Assembly (NCBI GenBank): GCA_964016885.1
Contig: OZ024742.1
Span: 256,804,001-256,868,000, forward strand
Direction: 5' to 3'
DNA: 64,000 bases
From: Eledone cirrhosa
Taxonomy: Eukaryota
Shown here: positions 42,089 through 60,750 of the stretch, one piece after another
Layout: each line of letters starts with the position of its first letter
How positions within the stretch are numbered: the first letter of the stretch is position 1
Translations under genes and position numbers: made by a program
The notes under the pieces: generated by a model
Seen by the model: the letters and a program-made list of their open reading frames with translations, nothing else
The model's database searches: none
Told to the model about the DNA's origin: nothing

Positions 42089-43660
42089 ACCTCTCTATAC
42101 AAGTTGAGGCCAATCTCTCGGTCGTTAATTACCTTCACGTTACCCTCAATTTATTGAATGGGTTGTATTACGCGTATAGAAAGCCGAATGATACGCTTAA
42201 TTACATAAGTAAGCATTCCAACCATCCTGTCAGCATAACCAAGAACCTGGTAAGAAACGTTTCGTTGAGGCTTTCCCGTCTTTCCACCAACGAGCGCATT
42301 TTCAACGACCATTGCACTTATTACAATGAAGCTGTTGCTCGAAGTGGATTTGTCGATAAGGTAGCATATACAGAGTACGAAAATAGACCTAGAAGAAATA
42401 GATCCCGTCGCATTTGTTGGTTTAACCCACCATATAATATGGAGGTGGCCACACCATTAGCTAAGAACTTTCTTTCCCTTATTACGAAGCATTTTCACCC
42501 TACACACAAATATAGTAACATTTTTAATAGAAACACTATTAAAATTTCTTACTCTACGACTCCTAAACTTGCACATAACATCACAGTTTTAAATTTAGCT
42601 AAACTACCTAGCCGTAGGAACACGTGCAACCCTGTAGTTAGTACTAACTGTAATTGAAGGAATCGGGCTGATTGCCCCCTATCCGGGAAATGCCTCTCTA
42701 GTAACATTGTCTACAAATGTAAGGTTGTAACACCCACGTCCCGTAAGGCCTACATATGGTTAACCGCCAATAGTTTCAAGCAGCGTCTTTACATGCATAC
42801 CCATTCTTTTCGTTACCCTCTAAGAAGGAATATGACGTCTCTTTCAGCTTATATCTGGAGTCTAAAAGACAACCACACCCAATATAAGTTACACTGGGAG
42901 ATCCTAGCTAGGGCTAGATCGTATAACGGAAATAAAAGACCATGTGACCTCTGCGACGCTGAGGCCCTGGAAATACTCTACGCCACAGACCACATCTTAA
43001 ACAAAATATCTGAGGCAATTTCGGCTTGTAAACATAAACTGCACAAAACTTTCCTGTATTACAGCCCCACGTTATACCCTAACGGATAGTACGATCTATA
43101 CGTGGATATTTTACGTCTTGATGTGGGAGCTAAGTATATGTTTTGTTTATTCCTTTACTTATTTGCATAGGTAAGTATATATTACCCGTATGTTTTGTGA
43201 AGGTATGTATAACTTCTCGTACGTATATTTGATTGTTATGGCGTATAATTTTTATATATTCTGGTATTTAGGTTTTGGCTATGTGTACACGGCAGTTTTG
43301 CGTCTGCGTGAGTATGCAGGTTCGTACGTATGGTGGGTATGTGTATATGTGTACTTCTTGTTTTAGTTGACTTACGTCTCCGAACATTCGTGTATTTATA
43401 TGTAGGTATGTGTGTGCGCTTGTTATGTACGTATTTATTTACTTATATACGTTTATATAATTATTTATTTATTTGTACACAAGCATACACACGCATACAT
43501 ATTTATATGTGCGTGGTTTTGTATACCTATGGTAAGGTTTTGCGTATGCTTGTGTATGTACGTATTTGTTTGCGTGTATGTATTTCTTTCTTTCTATTAC
43601 TTCTGTATTGTATTTATTTACTTTGTTCTTAACTCTGTAGCGGAGATTCATTTGGTCTCC
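42089..43660 (+). mobile_element. Penelope-like element (family B), 5'-truncated: RT thumb, linker, GIY-YIG and 3' UTR, with a single in-frame TGA at 42655-42657
   Basis: ORFs 42154-42657 and 42793-43089 are in the same frame. The sequence between them reads STNCN*RNRADCPLSGKCLSSNIVYKCKV...KAYIWLTANSFKQRLYMH with no other stop. Confidence 0.93.
43181..43249 (+). promoter_or_regulatory. Candidate eukaryotic SECIS element in the PLE 3' UTR
   Basis: tac ccgta tgtttt GTGAA g gtatgtat AA cttctc gtacgtat att TGAT tgt tatgg c gta. It shows helix I, an internal loop, a GUGA/GA quartet, helix II and an apical AA. The 5' arm of helix II is 1-2 nt shorter than typical. Confidence 0.55.
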
Positions 43661-44175
43661 TAGTTAGAATTTTAGTCTACGACTTCTGCTATACAATTTA
43701 CGTGGTTTTGTCTTTGCGTGCTATTGTTCTCCACGCTCCACATATGACTTACTATCTTCATTTTTTCGTTCATTGCCAGAGAACGTCTCTATGCACCACC
43801 GAAGAGAACATTAGTCTACGACTTCTTTTATACCATAAACGTGGTTCTGTCTTTGCTCGAAATTGTTTTTCACCGCTCCTATTAATGACGTATTATTCGT
43901 TTTTTCCCGTTCTTTGCCAGCGAACGTTTCCACGAACCAAAGTATCGTCTTCCTGTCTTCCTCCGGTTGCAACGTTTTTTGAAATATCCAGTTCTGCGTT
44001 TACAGATTGACTTTGTTAGTCTCAGAAGATCTTGTTAAGGGTGAAAGCAGCTATTCTTTGCTTAAACTTTAATCTGTTATTTTAATAAATATTTGCTCGA
44101 CGGTTCATATATATTTGATATATATTTATCCTTATCGAGCCCTTTTTGGATTTTAGTCTTCAATTTTATTATTAT

Positions 44176-44213
<38 letters not shown>

Positions 44214-44426
44214 GTGAGGTTTTTTTTACAAAATTAAAAGAAATACGAGGTGTCCTACACGAGTGAAAGTATAAGGAAAAAATATGAAATCGAAAATGCA
44301 ACTGGAGTCTTTATATATATTTATTTGGTTCCGAAACCGGTAAAGGAACCAAATAAATATATATTTAAAAAAAAAACGTCTCCATTTGCATTTTCGATTT
44401 CATCTTTTTTCTTTATAGATATGTAC

Positions 44427-44500
<74 letters not shown>

Positions 44501-44575
44501 TTAAACTTTGGGAGGGTCATTTGCCAATATATATATATGTATATATAAAAGTAGTAACAGAACAGTTAGTTCACC

Positions 44576-44970
44576 ATACGGAGAACAATTATTTCACCCT
44601 AGCGGATCTTCAGCTCGTATTCATCATAGGTATACGGAACAGGAATAACAACCGTATGAACGCACATCCGCAGCAACGGTCACTTAATCCAAGCCATGAA
44701 AAGCCACGGGCGAAAGTTGTAAGGGAGATAACTGCGAAAGTCCGGAAAAGGTGTTCGAGTTGATTAGAAAATTAGGATGTTGTTGTTATTCAATCAAGAG
44801 CTTTGTAGATATGCAAGAGGTGTTTCCAGACATGTGGACAACCTGAGAATATTCCATCTTCGATTTAGGCAATCGCTATTGCATAATCTCTTTAGAATAG
44901 TTATCCTATCTCCAATACACTGTCCACAAGACGTATTGAATAACAACATTCTAATTATCTATTCAACTCG
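44576..44970 (-). mobile_element. PLE 3'-end remnant with a hammerhead at 44576-44620
   Basis: CLNRR..IFSGCPH-like C-terminus (frameshifted) near 44830-44880. HHR: atacgag CTGAAGA tccgctagggt GAAA taattg TT ctccgtat. Confidence 0.65.
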
Positions 44971-44975
44971 AACAC

Positions 44976-45011
<36 letters not shown>

Positions 45012-45186
45012 GGCTTCTACAGTGCTAGAACTGTTACATGCGGAAGAAAAGTTCAAGAAAACCTGGTCTTTCGAGATGAATTCTTCCGAACGAAACAGTT
45101 CTAGTCCTGTAGACGTCTTTTCTATATTAAATATTCATACTCAGCCTTCTATTGAGTATCTTACTTACTGTGGTGGCCACGGATTG

Positions 45187-45255
<69 letters not shown>

Positions 45256-45269
45256 CATTTACATTTTCT

Positions 45270-46956
45270 GCAAGTTACCTTCCACCTCGAGAATAATTTG
45301 TATTACCCATATGGGAAACTCAACGACAACCCAAACTATATCCACCGTATTTCTAACCATTCTAAGAATATAACTAATAACATACTTAAAAAGATCTCCC
45401 TCCACATATCTCGAATGTCTGCAAAGAGTAGATATTCAACGAACACGCGCCATATTACAACCATCGCTCAAGAGAAGCGGCCTCCGGGAGTACATCTCAT
45501 TATCCAGCGGATCCAGGAGGGATAGCCGCCGCTCACGCCACGTGACGTGGTTCGACCCTCCCCATAATGCGAAGTTACAACACCAATTGGGAAGATCTTT
45601 TTTAGACTCCTCGACAAACACTTCCCACCACAATATCACTAACATAAACACCGTCACACTTTCCTACAGAACGCTACCCAAGTTTGCATAAAACATCGCT
45701 TCTTCAAGCAACAAAAAATGTCTCTCTAACAAAAGAAATAACCATGATATTAGTGGAGAGCAGACTAGGAGGTGTAATTGTCCGGATAGATCATCATTCT
45801 CCCTCAACCACAGATGCTAAGAACGTAACGTGGTCTGCCAGTGCAATGTGAGGGCGGAAACATCTAACAAAGCCTACATCGGATTAACTGCCTGCGATTT
45901 TAAGAAACGGTATTACTAACACCGACATACCGTTAGAAACCCGGCACGGCGACACGCAACAGCACTTTCGGGTTATATTTGGGTTCTCCAAGACAATAAA
46001 ATCACCCACCTTCTAAGTTGGAGCATACTTTCCAAGGCAAACACTTACTCGGGACGACCCCATCCGAGTAATTTATGCTCCGAGGAAACGATCCAAATGC
46101 TGTTTGCTAAGGGCGAACTCTTAAAAAATAACTATGAACACAGAATGCGTAGGACATACCATACTTATAAACCTCCTCATGACCCAGATCATTACACCTC
46201 GGCTCTAACATATTTTCCTATTTGCCGACTAAGATAGAGAAAACCCCAGCATACTTATGTAGAAGTAAATATTTTTCTTTCTTCTTTTTTCTTAATGTCT
46301 TCCACTCTATTTCCTCTTACTTTTCTTTTTTCTTCATTAGTTGCTCACTCCTTTACACTTGGTTGCCCATCGCTTATATTCAGCTTCATTCTTCTTTAGA
46401 TTAACCCTAGTATTTCCACTCCCGTTACATCTACATAGCACTGGTTGAAAAAAAAACCGGTGCTTTCTCAAGAGATGATGTTCTAGTGTTTTGGACGAAC
46501 TAATAACTACATTTTATTAATTTGGATTTTGGTATTTAAATTTTATTTGCTTCGCCTCCTGGCCAACGGTTAATTCTACGATTTCTTTGCTCATCACAAG
46601 CTCCGAACCTCTTTTAGAGATAGCTGTATATAATTCCCTCTTAACGCATGACCAACCTACCTCTACAGGTCAGATTGTCATCTTACTCCTTCCCCTTGTA
46701 CTACAGGCAAGTTCAGCCAACCTCTACCCCACTCGCCTCTATAAAGAGATTTATCTGTTTTTTACAAATCCTTTGACCACTCCCCGTGATTGAAAAGCAA
46801 CTTTGAGAACTATTTGACACGACCCTACTGGGACGCTTTCATTTCATGCCCATATATGGAGTTATCCCTTGATAAGTTCAGCCAGGCTACTGATGTCCTA
46901 ACAATACCGCGTTAGTTCAGACATAGCTGTCGAAACGGCCGGAGCTCAGCCGTCGG
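45270..46956 (+). mobile_element. Penelope-like element related to family A, 5'-truncated and decayed, ending at a hammerhead
   Basis: LYYPYGKLNDNPNYIHRISNH, VTWFDPPHNA, RRCNCPD and AYIGLTACDF. The tail is homologous to 24634-25410. Confidence 0.88.
46864..46956 (+). ncRNA. Hammerhead ribozyme variant with core TTGATAA (U3-A8)
   Basis: atccc TTGATAA gttcagcc...tagctgtc GAAA cggc cggagctca gccg TC gg. The 3' strand of stem I is truncated in this copy. Confidence 0.6.
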
Positions 46957-47369
46957 TTTCATGAATAAAGCGAAACGCAATTTCCGAGTTATGAGGCAAG
47001 CGCTCCATGGAGTAAAAAAAGACGAGAGCATTAAACATAGGGTATAGAGGCCAAACAAACTAAGGATGGCGGTCAAGAAGCCATCAGCCACCTAAGCCAA
47101 AAAAACGAAGCAAGCTAAACCGGTGAAACAAAAGAATATTTACCTGGACCGCTGGAATTGATGGTATAATCCAGTAAAGGGTTTCCGCGACACCTAAATC
47201 AATTATGCTGCCTGCTTCCATATTATGCTTTTGGTATATTGAGCGAAAAAGGCTGCCACTTCGTCAACAGGTATATATATATATATATATATGTGTTTCG
47301 TCAACTGGTATATATATATGTTTCGATGTAGAACGGTGTTCCATCTCACCACGATACATACGATACATA

Positions 47370-47434
<65 letters not shown>

Positions 47435-47435
<1 letters not shown>

Positions 47436-48258
47436 TAATAATAATAGATTTGAAGACTAACATCCAAAGATGGCTCGATAAGGATAAATATATATCAAAT
47501 ATATAAGAACCGTAGAGCAAATATTTATTATAATAACAGATTAAATTTTAAGCAAAGAATCGCTGCTTTCACCCTTAACGGGATCTTCTGAAACTAACAA
47601 ATCAATCTGTAAACGCAGAAGTGGATATTTCAAAAAACGTTGCAACCGGAGGAACACAGGAAGACGATACTTTGGTTCGTGGAAACGTTCGCTGGCAAAG
47701 AACGTGAAAAAACGAATATAATACGTCATTAATAGGAGCGCTGAAAAACAATTACACGCAAAGACAGAAGACAGAACCACGTTTATGGTATAAAAGAAGT
47801 CGTAGACTAATGTTCTCTTAGGTGGTTCATAGAGACGTTCTCTAGCAATGAACGGAAAAAACGTGGTTTTGTCTTTGCGTGCAATTGTTCTCCACGGTCC
47901 ACATATGACGTATTATCTTCGTTTTTTCCGTTCATTGCCAGAGAACGTCTCTATGAACCACCTAAGAGAACATTAGTCTACGACCTCTTTTATAGCATAA
48001 ACGTGGTTCTGTCTTTGCGCGTAATAGTTTTTTCACCGCTCCTATTAATGACGTATTATATTCGTTTTTTTTCCCGTTCTTTGCCAGGGAACGTTTCCAC
48101 GAACCAAAGTATCGTCTTCCTGTGTTCCTCCGGTTGCAACGTTTTTTAATATATCCACTTCTGCGTTTACAGATTGACTTTGTTAGTTTCAGAAGATCCC
48201 GTTAAGGGTGAAAGCAGCCAGCGATTCTTTGCTTAAACTTTAATCTGTTATTTTAATA

Positions 48259-48262
<4 letters not shown>
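47435..48262. repeat. Large fold-back of the dispersed repeat family, arms ~340 bp or more
   Basis: 47520-47860 is the reverse complement of ~47920-48260. Confidence 0.9.
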
Positions 48263-48293
<31 letters not shown>

Positions 48294-48339
48294 AATTAGT
48301 TTTGGGAGGTTTTTTATATGAGATCGTGTGTCGAAACAA

Positions 48340-48744
<405 letters not shown>

Positions 48745-48848
48745 AAGGCGGGTTAAATTCCCGAGATCCATGGACGAGTTCTCTCCAGCGGTCTCTGTCC
48801 CTCATTATCGCTGCCATGTCCTGCGTCTCCAACATATATATATATATG

Positions 48849-50912
<2,064 letters not shown>

Positions 50913-51051
50913 TATACACTCCGGAACACTGAAGGATCAGGAACTAAGTTTCTTGAACAATTCTTCCATAACTCGTAGAGTAACCTCTTACCGTACGTCA
51001 ACCATATCCAGTGTAGTAATTAACTAACACTACATCTTGGATAATCCTATA

Positions 51052-51144
<93 letters not shown>

Positions 51145-51194
51145 ATATATATACGTATATATATATACATATACATATATATATATACATATGC

Positions 51195-51500
51195 AATATA
51201 TTAATAAATAGAAAGTATATTTATAAAACCATAATTATTTTATTATATATATTTCCAGGGCAAACAAGGCATCAACTCAGGGAACTTCAACCGTTAAGGT
51301 TGTCTTTTTTCCGGGTATGTCAATATTTATTTATAAAACATATCTGTACTTTATCTGATGAAAGCGCACCATAATTTGCCTTGGTTATCCTTGAAATATA
51401 TACAATAAAATAATGATGGTTTTATAAATATAGTTTCCATTTATTAATATATTGAATATTTACTCCACTAAATTGTTGAGTGCTTTATATGAGTTATACA
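51195..51500 (+). mobile_element. Remnant of the HHR-bearing repeat seen at 700-900, with an inverted partial copy; hammerhead at 51347-51412 is decayed
   Basis: tactttat CTGATGA aag...ctt GAAA tatata CA ataaaata (U16.1 changed to C), followed by the shared tail atggttttataaatatagtttccattta. Confidence 0.6.
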
Positions 51501-51543
51501 TTTTTTAAGCTTGTTGAATCCGAACAAATTAAATATAACCTGC

Positions 51544-51623
<80 letters not shown>

Positions 51624-51757
51624 TATGTGTGGGAGGTGTGTGTGTGAGTGTGTGTATGTGTATTCTCTTATGTTACTTTATTCAAACACGTAGATACATT
51701 TATAAACCACAATATGTATAGCGGTAGATCACGTTTGGCTTCATTATTTATTAAGGA

Positions 51758-52300
51758 GGGCGGTGGATTGGCAGTATCGGTAGAGGGTCGGACGCCATGC
51801 TTTCCAGCATAGTTACGTCCCTTTACGATCTGAGTTCAAATCCCGCCGAGGTTGACTTTGCCTTTCATCCTTACGGGGTCGATAAAATAAAGTACCAGTA
51901 ATGCACTGGGTAATTGCTGGCCTTGTGCCAAAAGTAGAAACAATTATTTATTAAGGGCGGTGGATTGGCAGTATCGGTAGAGGGTCGGACGCCATGCTTT
52001 CAAGCATAGTTACGTCCCTTTGCGAACTGAGTTCAAATCCCGCCGAGGTTGACTTTGCCTTTCATCCTTACGGGGTCGACAAAATAAAGTACCAGTAATG
52101 CACTCGGTATTTTGCTGGCCTTGTGCCTAAAGTAGAAACAATTATTTATTAAACTAAGTTACGTCCCTTTACGATCTGAGTTCAAATCCCGCCGAGGTTG
52201 ACTTTACCTTTCATCCTTACGGGGTCGATAAAATAAAGTACCAGTAATGCACTGGGTAATTGCTGGTCATGTGCCTAAAGTAGAAACAATTATTTATTAA
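51758..52300 (+). mobile_element. Head-to-tail cluster of three SINE copies (two full, one 5'-truncated)
   Basis: Copies start at ~51758, ~51955 and ~52158. Each is bounded by attatttattaa. Confidence 0.92.
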
Positions 52301-52601
52301 ACAAAGCCAAAAACAGATAAACATATTGATGACTATAAATACATTAATGTATTTAGCAACGACGTCTTTTCAACTAATGAAATGTCACTATGAAGATGTT
52401 TCGACATTTTCCATCAAATAATTAATAATTTGCAAATCCATTAACAATTTGCAGCTGTTGGAAAGTTCTAATGCCCAATTAACTCGAAATAATCACATAT
52501 TTGAGGGAGTATTAGTCGTGATATGTTTCTTTATTGTTTTTCTTTCATGATTTATTTATGTAATCACTGCTGCTTTCGTTGTACTTGCGACTTTACATAT
52601 T

Positions 52602-52655
<54 letters not shown>

Positions 52656-52685
52656 AGAACAAAAGATGGTTAAAAGAGTTCCATG

Positions 52686-52757
52686 TATTTTATTATGCGC
52701 ATTTCAAAAAACAAATATCATCATGCAATAATATTTGTGTTTTCATCAGATAAAACA
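52686..52757 (-). ncRNA. Type I hammerhead ribozyme (same family as 41831)
   Basis: tgttttat CTGATGA aaacacaaatattattgcatgatgatatttgtttttt GAAA tgcgca TA ataaaata. Confidence 0.8.
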
Positions 52758-52933
52758 TGAAGACATGATATGAAGGTTAAAAAACACTTGTGGATAGTTC
52801 AGTTTTAAATCAACATATGAGAAGTAGTTTTATTATATATATTATATTATGTATACTCCAGACCTACAAACTGTAGAGTGCTTATTATCCGATATCTGCA
52901 TTGCTTTATTGTACTACAATAAAACTCACCTCC

Positions 52934-53026
<93 letters not shown>

Positions 53027-53150
53027 ATAATAGTAAATTTGAAGACTAAAATCCAAAGAGGGCTCGATAAGGATAAATTTCAGAAGATCCCGTTAAGGGT
53101 GAAAGCAGCGATTCTTGGCCTAAACTTTCATCTGTTATTTTAATAAATAT

Positions 53151-53204
<54 letters not shown>

Positions 53205-53212
<8 letters not shown>

Positions 53213-53490
53213 AGAAAATGTCTGTCTGTCTGTCCCGCTAAAACTTGAGAAACACCCAACCGATTTTCAACCGATTTTTAAACTTTACACATGTAATACT
53301 TATGGTCGTGTTAGTGTTTTGAGCAAAACCATTTCAAATTTTCAATATCCTCGGGACCGCATTAGGCGAAAAACTGCATATTTTAGGATTTAAAGGCTTT
53401 TTTGAGGCATAAGGTAACAATAATCCAGCGATTTCTTCAAAATGTGCATTACTTATGTCGTTTAAAGTGTTTTGGGCAAAAAATATGTTC
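53205..53490 (+). mobile_element. Possible non-autonomous Helitron-like 5' fragment
   Basis: tatataa...tgtctgtctgtctgtcc...aaccgattt, a layout typical of invertebrate Helitron derivatives. No 3' hairpin or CTAG was identified. Confidence 0.35.
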
Positions 53491-53954
53491 TCATTTTTTG
53501 AAGACTAAAATCCCAAAAGGGCTCGATAAGGAAAAATATAGTTCAAATATATAAGAATAGTAGAGCAAATATAAATGGGTATTATCTTCGTTTTTTCCCG
53601 TTCTTTTCCAGGGAACGTTTCCAAGAACCGAAGTATTGTCTTCCTGTCTTCCTTCGGTTGCAACGTTTTTCGAAATATTCGCTTCTGCGTTCACAGATTG
53701 ATTTTTTTTAGTTTCAGAAGATCCCGTTATGGGTGAAAGCAGCGATTCTTTGCTTAAACTTTAATCTGTTATTTTAATATATATATATATATAATGTAGG
53801 AGGTGAGTTTTATTGCAGTACAATAAAGCAATGCAGATATCGGATAAGTAGCACTCTACATATTGTAGGACTGGAGTATAAATAATATATAAAATATGTT
53901 GATTTAAAACTGCACCATCCACAAGTGTTTTTTAACCTTCATATCATGTCTCCC

Positions 53955-54025
53955 TATTTTATCTGACGAAAACGCAAATGTCATCGCATGATGATATTTG
54001 TTTTTGAAATGCGCATAATAAAATA
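53955..54025 (+). ncRNA. Type I hammerhead ribozyme (same family), in the right arm of an inverted repeat 52650-52940 / 53792-54058
   Basis: tattttat CTGACGA aaacgcaaatgtcatcgcatgatgatatttgttttt GAAA tgcgca TA ataaaata. Confidence 0.8.
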
Positions 54026-54121
54026 CATGGAACTCTTTTAACCATCTTTTGATCTTATATCTTATATATATATATATATATATATACTTGCGTACGCACA
54101 CACACACACACACAGATACAT

Positions 54122-54155
<34 letters not shown>

Positions 54156-54184
54156 GTGTGTATATATATATATATATATGCCAT

Positions 54185-54640
54185 GTTTTCACCGAGTATT
54201 CGTCATGAGAGACTTCCTGAGTCAGAAAAAACCTGAAAGTGCAAATCACTCCAAAATGGTAATACAGAAAGTGTAGTGACTGAAAGGACAAGCAGGGGAT
54301 AGTTTTTAATATTTAGAAACACGGACTACGGCCTTCGGAAAGACTCTTGTGACTGTCACACAAGAGAGCTGTATTCTGGTGATTTGAAAGCCATTGTTTC
54401 ATGGGAGCCAGTCAGTTATAGGAACTAAACCGGTAATTCAATGTGAGCCATACCACAATTCATCGGGAATTAAAATGTATTGGTAAGGTTACACAATTTC
54501 TGCATGATCTCTCTGCACCAATCATAAACAACGCATTGACTACCGTGCATCACAGCGTTCTTCTCAGCAGAAAATTTCTCTCTTGAACAGTCATTAATGC
54601 AATCGCTTGTCAGATTACAGAAAATGGTGGATCTTTAGGC
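54185..54640 (+). mobile_element. Partial, diverged second copy of the mariner transposase 5' half
   Basis: Aligns with 55220-55670 (ctgaaaggacaagca..tagaaacacggactac..gccagtcagttata..caattcatcgggaatt..catcacagcgttct). Confidence 0.65.
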
Positions 54641-55072
54641 TAAAGCCAGTCACACAAACCTGTAACATATCTGAACAAGCAATGCCTGTGCTTTGAAGGT
54701 TTTTTAAGTGGTGAAAGGCCTTGCACTCGAAGAATCGTACCCGGAAAGGAGAAGCCGCAGGTTTATTTACAGAGTTTCCCACTCTTAGAAATGTGTTGTG
54801 AGAACAACTGGGGGCCTTTCACTCCCAGGTCCCAGGTGTAAAAAAAAGTACTATTTCGATGGCAGTTCATTCTGCTTAGCTTCCTTTGACGGGTCTTGTA
54901 TTTCATTCCACAGGGTGTCCAAATATTACCCTCCTCACAAAGCACGCTTGGTGGGGTTGCCGGTTTAGTCGCCGACGAACCGACCATGTGTCAGGATGTA
55001 CAGGGTTACATGTTACCAGTAGCAACCTTGAACGACCTGAAAACACATACACACACACACGCACACACACAC

Positions 55073-56150
<1,078 letters not shown>

Positions 56151-56581
56151 ATGCAAGAATGGTGACAAGACAAAATTAACAAATAAATACATTTTATAGC
56201 GTGTTTTTTTTATTGTTTTATTGAGCCTTTAATATTGGACATAACTTTCATTGCAACATATTATATATATATATATGAATACAAACGAGGAAGTTTTGTT
56301 TACATGTGTTACGTACGTACCCCAGATGATTGGCTCAGGGTCACCCATAGAGCTTTTTACACATATGGTTTTCATTTCTAGTCTAAAGTACAAATCAATA
56401 ATTGAGTCGGGTGCATGTTATCTATGGATAACCGGGAGCAAATGCTCTACGAAACGTGCGTAACTGTTCGATACATAATAACAGTCTAAATACATGTAAA
56501 CAAAACTCCATCGTTCCTATCAATATAAAATGTCTGCCTGTGTATAGAGGTATAGATTGCTTGCTAATCTCTGAAACACCT

Positions 56582-56631
<50 letters not shown>

Positions 56632-56770
56632 TAAATCACAACAGAAACACAAACCCTCCATCTCAGTTTTACTTTTGAAAAGCAAAAGTTCTGTGAATCA
56701 GGTAAAGTAAGTAAATAGATATTCTTCAAAGACTCCAGTCGCGTTTTCAATTTCTTCCTCTTATATATAT

Positions 56771-56834
<64 letters not shown>

Positions 56835-58189
56835 ATAGATAGATATAGATACAGATATAGATATAGATATATAGATATAGATATAGATATAGATACACAT
56901 ACTTCCTTTTTTGTTTTTCTTTTGCAAGACTTTTCATCTAGAAATGTGTGTTGAGACAGATATATGGTGATAATTTGAGGGAACCATGCTGCCAAAGAAA
57001 ACGCACGTCCCTGTTAGATTTCACTTCATTTTATTTCAAATGCCCAGTTGCTTAGTTTAATTACAGGATGGTTGTTTTATTTGTTGTCAAAGCTCTTTCA
57101 TCACATATTATGTGAGCTCCTCAGTGACTAATTTGTTTTCTTGGGTATCTCTATTTATATATCTTATAACTTCTGGTTTTTGCGTGGTGTGTGCTGTGTC
57201 CGTGTGTTACGCATGCGAAATATCCGAGTGTTATATTATCTATTTATTTATACGTGTATTTACTTGTCACTAGTTGGTTGGTTGTTATATCTGAGTTTGC
57301 CTGGTCTGTTTTAAATTGTCCATGGTGTAAGCATTCACTTAGATCAATTGCTCTCAGAGACCCAGGTCACATTCATACTATTCAACAACACGTAACATCA
57401 TTTCCTCCACATATGAATCAGTGATTCTTACAGACCCAGGTCACATATGGCCGTCTTATTCCCCAGTGTCCCTAATGACATCTCTATATCTTTCAGTATT
57501 TTTCATTAGAACCATAAAACACACGAGCAAGCTTTTCAAAGGTCAATAAGTGTATAGTACAAAATCAGATAAAAACAGAAGCAAAGATTTTCTGGGACAA
57601 ATCATGGCTCATCTGTCTCATAGTTGTTCATATCTATATTTTATTTTATATATACACTATATACATTACTGTATCCTCTTAATTCTTTCCTTGGCAAAAA
57701 TACCAAACCCAAGTGCCAAGTGCCGCTTGCTTGACATATCCTGCTCTAGTTTATTAGGACTTTTTACGAATATTTTCTATCTACATTAGAAAATATATAG
57801 AAAACAATTTATTCTCGTAGACGCTACCAATGGTGAGGTAATTCGAATTACGTGACATTATACATAACAACATATATTATTCTATAAACCATGAAATCGT
57901 TTTAGGTTTTTTAAAACCTGTTTATTAGTATATACTAAAAGACTTCAATTGTTGATCAAATTGAAATTAATTAAGCCCGGATAACATTTAGAAGAGAATC
58001 ATTATACTTAACTAGATTCTTCAGATGTAAGATCAGAAGTTTAGATGATGTCAATAGAATTTTAATAAATATTTTGCAACACAATTTTCATAGAAATCGA
58101 TTCAAAGACCAAGCTTTGTTTCATTCGGTCTTAATTAATTTTCATGTCAAATTATTTACTATATATATATGTGTGTGTGGGGGGGGGAT

Positions 58190-58240
<51 letters not shown>

Positions 58241-58476
58241 TATATAGTAATAATAATAAAATTGAAGTCTAAAATCCAAAGAGGGCTCGATAAGGATAAA
58301 TATATATCAAATATATAAGAACCGTAGAGCAATTATTTATTAAATAACAGATTAAAGTTTAAGCAAAGAATCGCTGCTTTCACCCTTAGCGGGATCTTCT
58401 GGTGAAAGCAGCGATTCTTTGCTTAAACTTTAATCTGTTATTTAATAAATATAAATATATATATATATATATATAC

Positions 58477-60534
<2,058 letters not shown>

Positions 60535-60537
<3 letters not shown>

Positions 60538-60750
60538 CATCCTAATGCCTGTGCGCCCCCCATACATATGAGTTCCTTGAAGGGTTTGCCAGCCGGCGCG
60601 TTTGTTGGAAAAAGCCATAAACGAAAAAAGACGGTTCTTTGTTCTTTTCGTGTTTTTTCGTTGATGGTTTTTTTCTAGCAAACGCGACGTCTGACAAACC
60701 CTTCAACGAACTCATATGTATGCTGGGAGCATAGGCATTAGGATGTGTGT
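60535..60750. repeat. Imperfect palindrome, arms ~100 bp
   Basis: catcctaatgcct...catacatatgagtt..ttgaagggtttg / caaacccttcaa..aactcatatgtatg...aggcattaggatg. Confidence 0.85.
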
